From assembly GCA_965242865.1 (NCBI GenBank), contig CBDETK010000013.1, positions 4,992,001 to 5,056,000 of the forward strand: a stretch of DNA of 64,000 nt, written 5' to 3'. Within the stretch, counting starts at the first letter, position 1; every line of letters starts with the position of its first letter. This document shows positions 49,303 to 58,900 of the stretch, in pieces. The DNA comes from Candidatus Latescibacterota bacterium. Its GTDB lineage: Bacteria; Latescibacterota; UBA2968; UBA8231. A model generated the notes under the pieces. It ran no database searches, was not told the origin of the DNA, and saw only the letters and a program-made list of their open reading frames with translations. Made by a program: the position numbers and the translations under genes.

Positions 49303-49330
49303 AGTTCCTCGTGGTTTGTGATTCGGTGAC

Positions 49331-49359
49331 GGGGGCCGGCACGGGGGCCGGCCGCCTAC
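49331..49359 (-). repeat. GTAG-type REP-like hairpin
   Basis: Minus strand GTAG-GC-GGCCGGC-CCCCGT-GCCGGCC. Confidence 0.45.
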
Positions 49360-49468
49360 GGTTATGGTTTGCATAGTTAGCGGCTTTTTCTCGGTGGCGG
49401 CAACATTGACGGGTATCGGCGGATTTGGCTACGTTTCTCGCCGCGCCATCTAGCCCCGACGCCCACCC

Positions 49469-51415
49469 ATGTACCCAGCCTCCCAACCAGCCCCTCCAAT
49501 TCGCCTGCCGGCCATGCTGACGGGCCTTGGGCTCTGCGCCCTGATCTCGGTGGGGCTGCCTTACGGGGAATTCGTGATCAAGGGCACTCGGCTGGGATTG
49601 AGCTCATCGACGCCCGCCGCCTTTTTCCTGCTGTTCTGGCTGGTCGCGCTGGTGCAGCCGCTGCTGGGGTTGGTGCGGCCACACTGGGCGTTCAACCGCG
49701 CCGAGCTGCTGCTGATTACCGCGATGATGATGCTGGCAACGGCCATTCCGTCGAGGGGCTTTACCGGGGCTGCCATTCCCGCCATTTCCAGCGTGCTCTA
49801 CTACGCGACGCCAGAAAACAACTGGGTCGAGCTGCTAGTGCCCCACATCCCGACCGCGCTGATCGTCCAAGACGAGGGGGCGATCAAGCAGTTTTACGAG
49901 GGGCTGCCCCGCGGCGAATCCATCCCGTGGGGTGCTTGGATCGGGCCGCTTTCTTGGTGGTTGTTCTTCATGGCCGCCTTCTACCTCGTGCTCGTCTGCG
50001 CGATGGTGATTATGCGGCGGCAGTGGATGGACCACGAGCGATTGCTCTACCCGCTGGTACAGGTGCCCTTGGGGATGATCGAGGACGGCCCGCGCCCGGG
50101 GCGCGTAAAGCCCTTTTTGCGCAACCCAATTATGTGGGCTGGCTTTGCGGTCCCGGCGATTCTCAATACGGTCAATTCCTTTAGCCACTACTACGAGTTC
50201 GCGCCGCGCGTCGATCTCGACCTGCCGCTCGCTTTGGGGCACGACGCGGTCGTCTTGCGCGTCCGGCTCAACTACCTGATGATGGGCTTGGCCTATTTTA
50301 TCAACACGGGCATCTCCGGCAGCTTGTGGTTTTTCTACTTGTTGGCCAAAGCCCAAGAGTGGGCCTGCGCGACCCTCGGCGTCTTCACCACCGAACAGCT
50401 CGACGCCTTCAGCCATGCTGGCCCGACCACGGGCATGCTGAGCCATCAGAGCATGGGCGCGATGATCGCGCTGGTCGTCTTGGGGCTGTGGACGGCCCGT
50501 GGACATCTAAAGGCCGTGTGGCAACAGGCCAAAGCCGGCGACCGCACGGCCGGGGAGTTGTTGTCCTACCGGACGGCCGTGGGCGGCTTGGTCGTGGGCT
50601 TGGCCGTCATGGGCTTGTGGCTGGGGCAGACCGGGTTGCCTTGGTGGGCGGTGCTGCTGTTTCTCGGCGCGGCCTTCGCCATCTTCTTTGCCCTCACCCG
50701 CGTGATCGTCGAAGCCGGTCTCTCGTCGGCAGTGGAAGGGCTTTCGGGAGCGGGTTTTGTGGTGTCGGGCGTCGGCTCGAGTGCGCTGGGGGCGACCGGG
50801 ATGATGGCACTGGGCTTTACCCTCGCGTGGGCGGGCGATCTGCTGGTTTTTATGATGGCCCCTTGCGCCAACGGCATCCGCATGTTGCACGGCCTCAAGG
50901 TCGGGCGGCGGCGCGTTTTGGCGATGCTCGCCGCGGCGCTGGCCATCGGCCTTTTGGGGTCGATCTACGCGACCTTGAACTTGGGCTACCAATACGGGGC
51001 GCTCAACCTGCACCGGCAGTACTTCTCCGGGTTGTTTGCCTTGGAGCCGTTTCGCTTTGCCGCTCGCTTCATTGAGACGCCGACCGGCCCCTATTGGCTG
51101 GGGTGGCTCTGGAACGGAGTGGGGGCTGCGGTTATGGCGGGCTTGCTGTGGGCGCGGCACCACTTGTTGTGGTGGCCGCTGCATCCCATCGGCTACGTGG
51201 CCAGCGGCACTTGGATCCTCGGCAATATCTGGTTCAGCATCTTTCTCGCTTGGCTGATCAAATCCATCGTCTTGAAGTACATGGGGCCGGGGGGCTACCG
51301 CTCGACGCGCTGGTTCTTTTTGGGGGTGATCCTCGGGCAGTTCGCTTCGGGCGGAGCGTGGCTGGTGGTGGACAGCTTCACCGGAATGACGGGCAACGTG
51401 ATCCGCATGTATTGA
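49469..51415 (+). CDS. DUF6785/DUF6784-type multi-pass membrane protein (OPT-like transporter)
   Basis: YYATPENNW, RRQWMDHERLLYPL, WWPLHPIGY, W.SIFLAWLIK..LKY.G; about 16 TM segments. Confidence 0.8.
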   Translation: MYPASQPAPPIRLPAMLTGLGLCALISVGLPYGEFVIKGTRLGLSSSTPAAFFLLFWLVALVQPLLGLVRPHWAFNRAELLLITAMMMLATAIPSRGFTGAAIPAISSVLYYATPENNWVELLVPHIPTALIVQDEGAIKQFYEGLPRGESIPWGAWIGPLSWWLFFMAAFYLVLVCAMVIMRRQWMDHERLLYPLVQVPLGMIEDGPRPGRVKPFLRNPIMWAGFAVPAILNTVNSFSHYYEFAPRVDLDLPLALGHDAVVLRVRLNYLMMGLAYFINTGISGSLWFFYLLAKAQEWACATLGVFTTEQLDAFSHAGPTTGMLSHQSMGAMIALVVLGLWTARGHLKAVWQQAKAGDRTAGELLSYRTAVGGLVVGLAVMGLWLGQTGLPWWAVLLFLGAAFAIFFALTRVIVEAGLSSAVEGLSGAGFVVSGVGSSALGATGMMALGFTLAWAGDLLVFMMAPCANGIRMLHGLKVGRRRVLAMLAAALAIGLLGSIYATLNLGYQYGALNLHRQYFSGLFALEPFRFAARFIETPTGPYWLGWLWNGVGAAVMAGLLWARHHLLWWPLHPIGYVASGTWILGNIWFSIFLAWLIKSIVLKYMGPGGYRSTRWFFLGVILGQFASGGAWLVVDSFTGMTGNVIRMY

Positions 51416-51504
51416 CCCTGAATGCGTTAATTGACAGGCAAAGGGACATGGGTTATAGCTATAAAAACGGCTATTCTGTTGCAATCAACGCTGGAGACCA
51501 AGAC

Positions 51505-51735
51505 ATGAGAACAGTCCAAATGACCCTCGATGAGGAACTGATTGAGGCGGTTGATAAGGTTGTGAAAAAAACTGGTACGACGCGATCTGCTTTTGCGCGA
51601 GAGGCTCTATACGCTGCTCTCAGGCAAGAAAAAATAAAAGAAAAGGAGCAAAAACACCGGGCGGGATATGCCCGCAAGCCGGTTCAATCCGGCGAATTTA
51701 GCCCTTGGGAAGACGAACAAGTGTGGGCTGAGTGA
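51505..51735 (+). CDS. Ribbon-helix-helix antitoxin
   Basis: MRTVQMTLDEELIEAVD...TTRSAFAREAL, HRAGY...P....EF..WEDEQVW; GGAG RBS; TTGACA-17-TATAGC upstream. Confidence 0.88.
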   Translation: MRTVQMTLDEELIEAVDKVVKKTGTTRSAFAREALYAALRQEKIKEKEQKHRAGYARKPVQSGEFSPWEDEQVWAE

Positions 51736-52052
51736 TGCGACGAGGTGAGGTTCGTTGGTACAGATTCGCCCAGCCAGACAAGAGGAGACCTGTTGTTATT
51801 CTCACTAGGGATTCGGCGATTAAATATCTGGGCGAAATCACCGTAGCGCCGGTGACGTCAACCATTCGGGACATTCCCTCAGAAGTACTGCTGTCTCAAC
51901 GAGATGGAATGCCCAAAGAGTGTGCGATCAATCTGGATCACGTCCAGACCGTGTCCAAGGGTAAAATAGGCTCCTTAATTGTATCTCTCCCCCTGGCGAA
52001 GCTGGAAGAATTGCGCGGTGCGTTGCTTTTTGCATTGGGATTTGATGACTAG
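51735..52052 (+). CDS. mazF: PemK/MazF toxin
   Basis: MRRGEVRW, PDKRRPVVILTRD, VAPVTSTIRDIPSEV, NLDHVQTV. Confidence 0.9.
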   Translation: MRRGEVRWYRFAQPDKRRPVVILTRDSAIKYLGEITVAPVTSTIRDIPSEVLLSQRDGMPKECAINLDHVQTVSKGKIGSLIVSLPLAKLEELRGALLFALGFDD

Positions 52053-52054
52053 TT

Positions 52055-55000
52055 CTATTGAAACGGACCGGAAATGTCGCCAAAGCTCAGTGAGGGGTTG
52101 ACCGTGATGGCAAAGGTCAATGACGCGGTGGCATCGGCGGCGTCCGTTGCGGTGTACGTGACGTTGACCGCGCTGTCGGTGGGGGCTTCGGGTGTGCCCG
52201 TAAGCGTGCGCGTGGCCGGGTCAAACGATAAGCCCGCTGGCAGGTTGGCCGACACGCTATAGGTCAGTGCCCCCACACCACCCGATGCGGCCGGCAGTTC
52301 GACCGGCGCAATCGCCGCGCCCGCGGTGAACTCTTGGTCGGCCACCGACATCCCGTCGGCGAAGGCGAGCGGCGTCGCTTCAACGTCGGTCAGCGTGATA
52401 GCGACTGAGCCGCTCGTCAAGCTGGCAGACGAGCCGTTGAGCGCGATCGTCTCGTCGCCTTCCTCCTCGCGGTCAGGGACCGGATCGAGCCGCAAGGTAA
52501 TTGCCCCCGACGCCGCGCCGGCCGGAATGACCAGCGACGGATTGAACATTGCCGAGTAATCCAAATCGCGGGTGGCACTTGACGCCGGATCAATTGACAG
52601 GATTACGGTCGCGTCGGCGTCCAACACTTGGCCGTCCAACGTCGCCGTGACCGTCAGATCGGTCGCTCCCGCATCTTCGCTCACCGTGTGCGGCGACACC
52701 GATAGCATCAAGGACGTACTGGGGGCTTCGTCGTCAGCGATTTTGATGTCCGTTTGCGCCGAACCGCCAGAAGCCGACGCCTGCACGCCTAAGTACTTAT
52801 CGCCATCCACAACCGCGTTGTCTATCGGGGTAAGGGTCAGCAGCGTCGTCCCTTGGGTCTCGCCAGCGGCCAGCGTGATGACGCCACCCAATTGGGCGGT
52901 GTAGTCCAGATCGCGCACGGCAAGTGCTCCATCGGCCGGCGCGCCCAGCGTGAAGCGGATGGTCTCGTCCATTGCCGAAGGAGCGGCTAACGTCGCTGTC
53001 AGGGTGATGGCTGTTGGACCGCCATTCTCGCGCACCAGCGAATGCGTCGAGGACACCCGGGCGACCTCCGCCATGGGGCGTGGGGCGACCTCAATGGCAA
53101 AGGTCAACGACGCGGTGGCATCGGCGTCGTCCGTCGCGGTGTACGTCACGTTGACCGCGCCGTCGGTGGGGGCTTCGGGCGTCCCGGCCAGCCGCCGCGT
53201 AGCCGCGTCAAACGACAGCCCGGCCGGCAGGGCAGAGACGCCGTAGGTGATGTCGCCCGTACCGCTGGCGGCCGGCAATTCGACCGGCGCAATCGCCATG
53301 CCCGCGGTGAACTTTTGGTCGGCCACCTCCGTCCCAGCGGCAAAGGCGAGGACCATCGCTGCAACGTCGGCCAGCGTTATAGCGGCTGAGCCGCCGGTCA
53401 AGTCCGCAGACGCTCCGTTGAGCGTGATCGTCTCGGCGCCTTCCTCCTCGCGGTCGGCGACTGGATCGAGCCGCAAGGTAATTGCCCCAGATGTCGCGCC
53501 GGCCGGAATGACCAGCGATGGATTGAACATTGCCGAGTAATCCAAATCGCGGGTGGCGGACGACGCCGGATCAATCGACAGGGTTACGGTCGCGTCGGCG
53601 TCCAACGCTTGGCCGTCCAACGTCGCCGTGACCGTCAGGTCGGTCGCCCCTGCATCCTCGCTCACCGTGTGCGGCGACACCGATAGCATCAAGGACGTAC
53701 TGGGGGCTTCGTCGTCAGCGATCTCAATGTCCGTTTGCGCCGAACCGCCAGAAGCCGACGCCAGCACACCTAAGTACTTGTCGCCATCTACAACCGCGTT
53801 GTCGATCGGGGTGAGGATCAGCAGCGTCGTCCCTTGGGTCTCGCCAGCGGCCAGAGTGACGGCTCCACCCAACTGGGCTGTGTAGTCCAGATCGCGCACG
53901 GCGAGCGCCCCATCGGCCGGTGCGTCCAGCGTGAAGCGGATGGTTTCCTCGATTGCCGAAGCGGAGGCCAACGTCGCCGTCAGGGTGATGGCTGTTGGAC
54001 CGCCATTCTCGCGCACCAGCGAATGCGTCGAGACCACCCGGGCGACCTCTACCGTGGGAGGCGGGGCGGGACCGACCTCGATGGTGAAGGTCATGGACGC
54101 GGAGTTGACTCGGGCCGCGGCACTGTCGGCGACCGTGTAGGTGACGGCGGCGGTGTCGGCTGCCGTCGGCGTCCCGCTAATCGTGCGCGTGGCCGGGTCA
54201 AACGACAAGCCCGCTGGCAGGTTGGCCGACACGCTATAGGTCAGCGCCCCCACACCGCCCGATGCGGTTGGCAGTTCGAGCGGATCAATCGCCGTGCCCG
54301 CCGTGTAGTCAAACACCACGTAGGACAGGTCAATAACCCAACTAAGGGCTCCCGCCCGGGGCCTCACCGCGGTCCTGTCCGCATCTTTCAGCGTTACCAC
54401 CGCCGTGCTGACCGCGACATCTTCGTCGTCCGCATTTTTGACCGGACTTTCCAGCGCCGTCAAGCCAATTTTCTTATTCCCGCCTTCGAGAGGGGTGATC
54501 GACACGGTCGTTGAGTCGCTGACTTGGCCGGCCGGAATCGTCAGCGCTTGGAGGATCGCCGTGTAGTCGGCATCGCGCATGGCCGCTTTATCGTCCGCAT
54601 CTACATCGCCATCGGCATCCGTATCGTCCGTAATGATCAAGACCACGGTCACGTCCTCGTCGAAGACTTGGCCGTTTAAGGTGGCGGTCACCGTAACCTC
54701 ATGTAGCCCCGTGCCCGCCTTGAGTTCACTCGGCCTCGCCGCCAGCGTTATCTCCGTGGCCGCGGTCTCGTCGTCATCGATCCTGATGATTACCCGACTC
54801 GGAGTACCTCCCGATCCAACCTGAGCGGTCACCGCGAAGCTCTTCTCCCCATCGAGCCTTGAGTTGTCCTTGGGAGTAAGGATGAGCGTGGTCTCGGCCT
54901 CGGTTGCGCCGGCCGGAATGGAGAGTTCCCCCACGGACACGGTGTAATCTACATCCCGAACCCCCACTTGGGGATCAATGGTGAACGACACCCGCGCCGC

Positions 55001-55909
55001 ATCCGCTAGGGCCTTCTGCAAGCTAACGTTCAGGGTAATTTCCTGTCGCCCACTCCCCTCGCGTATCGCCGCAGGAGTCGCGGTAAGGGTGGCTCCCACC
55101 GCGTCGGCGCGGATGGTGATGTCCACCGCGTCCGTGTCGGAGGCGTCCCCGGCGGTCACGGTCAGCGTGAACGTCAGGGTTGCGTCCGACGACAGGTTTG
55201 GGGCGACAAACGACGCCGACGCGGTCGTCGCGCCGGTCAGACTCACGGTCGGCGAACCCCCGGTCTGAGCCCACTCATAAGTCAACGACTCGCCTTCCGG
55301 GTCGCTGCCGCTGCCGGATAGAGAAACCGTATCGCCCTCATTTACCGTCTTATCCGACCCTGCTGAGGCCGTGGGGCCATCGTTGTCCGCTGCAACGGTG
55401 ATGGTGACTGCATCAGTAGCGGTCAAACCCCCATCGCTGACGGTCAACTCAAACGTCAAATCCGCGTCCGTTAGCAGATTCGGTGCGGTGAACGAAGCGG
55501 TTTTGGTATTCGCGCCGGTCAGGTCCACGGTGGGGTTGCCGGCCGTTTGACGCCACGAGTAGGTCAGGGTCTGCTCCTCTGGGTCCGTGCCGCTGCCGGA
55601 GAGCGTCACCGCGTCGCCTTCGGTCACCGTCCGATCCTCACCGGCGTCGGCCGTGGGCGCGTCGTTGGTCTCGGTGGTTACTGAAAAGTTCGCGCTTACG
55701 CCGCCGATGGTGACGGTGGCGGTGGTGGCCGTGTTGAACGCACTGCTGGCGATGACCTTGACGGCGACGGTCTTTCCGTTGGTGATAGTCGTGCCGGTGA
55801 AATCGCTGCCGTCCACGACTAAGGTGCCGCCGGTCACCGAAATGGTCGCAGCCGCTTCGAGGCCGCTGACGGTGATGGCATTGCTGGTGACGGTCGCCCC
55901 CAGTTCCAC
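52055..55909 (-). CDS. Giant surface protein, C-terminal part (PKD, Calx-beta-like and He_PIG Ig repeats)
   Basis: LPAGLSFDPATRTISGTP Ig repeats and duplicated ~290-aa blocks. No signal peptide; it continues the upstream ORF after a -1 frameshift near 55957. Confidence 0.8.
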   Translation of the reverse strand: MELGATVTSNAITVSGLEAAATISVTGGTLVVDGSDFTGTTITNGKTVAVKVIASSAFNTATTATVTIGGVSANFSVTTETNDAPTADAGEDRTVTEGDAVTLSGSGTDPEEQTLTYSWRQTAGNPTVDLTGANTKTASFTAPNLLTDADLTFELTVSDGGLTATDAVTITVAADNDGPTASAGSDKTVNEGDTVSLSGSGSDPEGESLTYEWAQTGGSPTVSLTGATTASASFVAPNLSSDATLTFTLTVTAGDASDTDAVDITIRADAVGATLTATPAAIREGSGRQEITLNVSLQKALADAARVSFTIDPQVGVRDVDYTVSVGELSIPAGATEAETTLILTPKDNSRLDGEKSFAVTAQVGSGGTPSRVIIRIDDDETAATEITLAARPSELKAGTGLHEVTVTATLNGQVFDEDVTVVLIITDDTDADGDVDADDKAAMRDADYTAILQALTIPAGQVSDSTTVSITPLEGGNKKIGLTALESPVKNADDEDVAVSTAVVTLKDADRTAVRPRAGALSWVIDLSYVVFDYTAGTAIDPLELPTASGGVGALTYSVSANLPAGLSFDPATRTISGTPTAADTAAVTYTVADSAAARVNSASMTFTIEVGPAPPPTVEVARVVSTHSLVRENGGPTAITLTATLASASAIEETIRFTLDAPADGALAVRDLDYTAQLGGAVTLAAGETQGTTLLILTPIDNAVVDGDKYLGVLASASGGSAQTDIEIADDEAPSTSLMLSVSPHTVSEDAGATDLTVTATLDGQALDADATVTLSIDPASSATRDLDYSAMFNPSLVIPAGATSGAITLRLDPVADREEEGAETITLNGASADLTGGSAAITLADVAAMVLAFAAGTEVADQKFTAGMAIAPVELPAASGTGDITYGVSALPAGLSFDAATRRLAGTPEAPTDGAVNVTYTATDDADATASLTFAIEVAPRPMAEVARVSSTHSLVRENGGPTAITLTATLAAPSAMDETIRFTLGAPADGALAVRDLDYTAQLGGVITLAAGETQGTTLLTLTPIDNAVVDGDKYLGVQASASGGSAQTDIKIADDEAPSTSLMLSVSPHTVSEDAGATDLTVTATLDGQVLDADATVILSIDPASSATRDLDYSAMFNPSLVIPAGAASGAITLRLDPVPDREEEGDETIALNGSSASLTSGSVAITLTDVEATPLAFADGMSVADQEFTAGAAIAPVELPAASGGVGALTYSVSANLPAGLSFDPATRTLTGTPEAPTDSAVNVTYTATDAADATASLTFAITVNPSLSFGDISGPFQ

Positions 55910-58900
55910 CCCGGTTTTCGCCGTGAAACTAAACGCAGCCGGCGTGGTGTCTGCGGCCGGGTGGTCACTGAAAAGTTCGCGCTCGCGGTGCCGATGGTGA
56001 CGGTGGCGGTGGTGGCGGTGCTGAACGCACTGCTGGCGGCGACCTTGACAGCGACGGTTTTTCCGTTGGTGATGGTCGTGCCGGTGAAATCGCTGCCATC
56101 CACCACCAAGGTGCCGCCGGTCACCGAAATGGTCGCAGCGGTGTTGAGGCCGCTGACGGTGATGGCGTTGCTGGTGACGGTCGCCCCCGGTTCCACCCCG
56201 GTTTCCGCCGTGAACGTGAACGCAGCCGGCGTGGTGTCCACGTCTTCGATGGTGACGGTGACGGCATCGGAGCCGGTCAAACTGCCGTCGCTGACGGTCA
56301 ACTCAAACGTCAGCGTTGTAGTTGTATTCTCGGCTACATTCGGCGCGGTGAACGAGGCGGTTTCCGTGTTCTCGCCGGTTAAGTCCACGGTGGGGTTGCC
56401 GGCCGTTTGGCTCCACGAGTAGGTCAGGGGCTGCTGCTCCGGGTCCGTGCCGCTGCCGGACAGCGTCACCGTGTCGCCCTCATTCTTCGTCTGATCGGAC
56501 CCCGCGTTGGCGGTGGGCGCGTCGTTGTCGGCATTGATCGTGATGTCCACCGTGTCCGTATCGGAGGCTCCGCCAGCAGTCACCGTCAGCGTGAACGTCA
56601 GGGTCGTATTTCCCGTCAGGTTCGGCGCGACAAATGAAGGTGTCGCGGTCGTCGGCCCCGTCAGGGAAACATTCGGCGACCCGCCGGTCTGCGCCCACGA
56701 ATAGCTCAACGCCTCGTTTTCTGGATCGGTGCTGTCGCTGCCGGACAGCGTCACCGTATCGCCCTCATCCACCGTCTGGTCGTCGTCTGCGTCGGCGGTA
56801 GGTGCGTCGTTGTTGGCTCGGATGGTGATGTCCACCGTGTCCGTGTTTGAAGCACCTCCGGCGGTCACCGTCAGCGTGAACGTTAGGGTTACATCCGCCG
56901 TTAGGTTCGGTGCGACAAACGAGGGCGTGGCGGTGGTCGCACCTGTCAGGGAAACATTCGGCGAACCCCCGGTCTGCGCCCACGAATAGCTCAACGTCTC
57001 ATTTTCTGGATCGGTGCTGTCGCTACCGGACAGCGTCACCGTGTCGCCCTCATTCTTCGTCTGATCGGACCCCGCGTTGGCGGTGGGCGCGTCGTTATCG
57101 GCATTGACCGTGATGTCCACCGTGTCCGTGTCGGAGGCTCCGCCAGCAGTCACCGTCAGCGTGAACGTCAGGGTCGTATTCCCCGTCAGGTTCGGCGCGA
57201 CAAACGAGGGCGTGGCGGTGGTCGGCCCTGTCAGGGAAACATTCGGCGATCCGCCGGTCTGCGCCCAAGAATAGCTCAACGCCTCGTTCTCTGGATCGGT
57301 GCTGTCGCTGCCGGACAGCGTCACCGTGTCGCCCTCATTCTTCGTCTGATCGGACCCCGCGTTGGCGGTGGGCGCGTCGTTGTCGGCATTGATGGTGATG
57401 TCCACCGTGTCCGTGTCGGAGGCTCCGCCAGCAGTCACCGTCAGCGTGAACGTCAGGGTCGTATTCCCCGTCAGGTTCGGCGCGACGAATGAGGGGGTCG
57501 CGGTCGTCGCACCTGTCAGGGAAACATTCGGTGAACCGCCGGTCTGCGCCCAAGAGTAGCTCAACGTCTCATTTTCTGGATCGGTGCTGTCGCTGCCGGA
57601 CAGCGTCACCGTATCGCCCTCATCCACCGTCTGATCCGACCCCGCTGCGGCGGTAGGTGCGTCGTTGTCGGCATTGATGGTGATGTCCACCGTGTCTGTG
57701 TCGGAGGCTCCGCCAGCAGTCACCGTCAGCGTGAACGTTAGGGTTACATCCGCCGTTAGGTTCGGCGCGACAAACGAGGGCGTGGCGGTCGTCGCACCTG
57801 TCAGGGAAACATTCGGCGAACCCCCGGTCTGCGCCCACGAATAGCTCAACGCCTCGTTCTCTGGATCCGTGCTGTCGCTACCGGAGAGCGTCACCGTATC
57901 GCCCTCATCCACCGTCTGGTCGTCGTCTGCGTCGGCAGTAGGTGCGTCGTTGTTGGCTCGGATGGTGATGTCCACCGTGTCTGTGTCGGAGGCTCCGCCA
58001 GCAGTCACCGTCAGCGTGAACGTCAGGGTTACATCCGCCGTCAGATCCGGTGCGACAAATGAAGGCGTGGCGGTCGTCGGCCCCGTCAGGGTCACGTTCG
58101 GCGACCCTCCTGTCTGCGCCCACGAATAGCTCAACGCCTCGTTTTCCGGGTCCGTGCTGTCGCTGCCGGACAGCGTCACCGTATCGCCCTCATCCACCGT
58201 CTGATCGGACCCCGCGTTGGCGGTGGGCGCGTCGTTGTCGGCATTGACCGTGATGTCCACCGTGTCCGTGTCGGAGGCTCCGCCGGCGGTCACCGTCAGC
58301 GTGAACGTTAGGGTTACATCCGCCGTTAGGTTCGGCGCGACAAACGAGGGCGTGGCGGTGGTCGGCCCTGTCAGGGAAACATTCGGCGAACCGCCGGTCT
58401 GCGCCCACGAATAGCTCAACGCCTCGTTCTCTGGATCGGTGCTGTCGCTGCCGGACAGCGTCACCGTGTCGCCCTCATCCACCGTCTGATCCGACCCCGC
58501 TGCGGCGGTAGGTGCGTCGTTGTCGGCATTGATGGTGATGTCCACCGTGTCTGTGTCGGAGGCTCCGCCAGCGGTCACCGTCAGCGTGAACGTCAGGGTT
58601 ACATCCGTCGTCAGGTTCGGCGCGACGAATGAGGGGGTCGCGGTGGTCGCACCCGTCAGGGAAACATTCGGCGACCCGCCGGTCTGCGCCCAAGAGTAGC
58701 TCAACGCCTCGTTTTCCGGATCGGTGCTGTCGCTGCCGGACAGCGTCACCGTGTCGCCCTCATTCTTCGTCTGATCGGACCCCGCGTTGGCGGTGGGCGC
58801 GTCGTTGTCGGCATTGACCGTGATGTCCACCGTGTCCGTGTCGGAGGCTCCGCCAGCGGTCACCGTCAGCGTAAACGTCAGCGTCGTATTCCCCGTTAGG

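Noticed and set aside
47380-49329. 649-aa antisense ORF opposite the phosphodiesterase gene
   Set aside because: Shadow frame of a GC3-rich gene, with no motifs or RBS. The same applies to the many other overlapping ORFs in the track.
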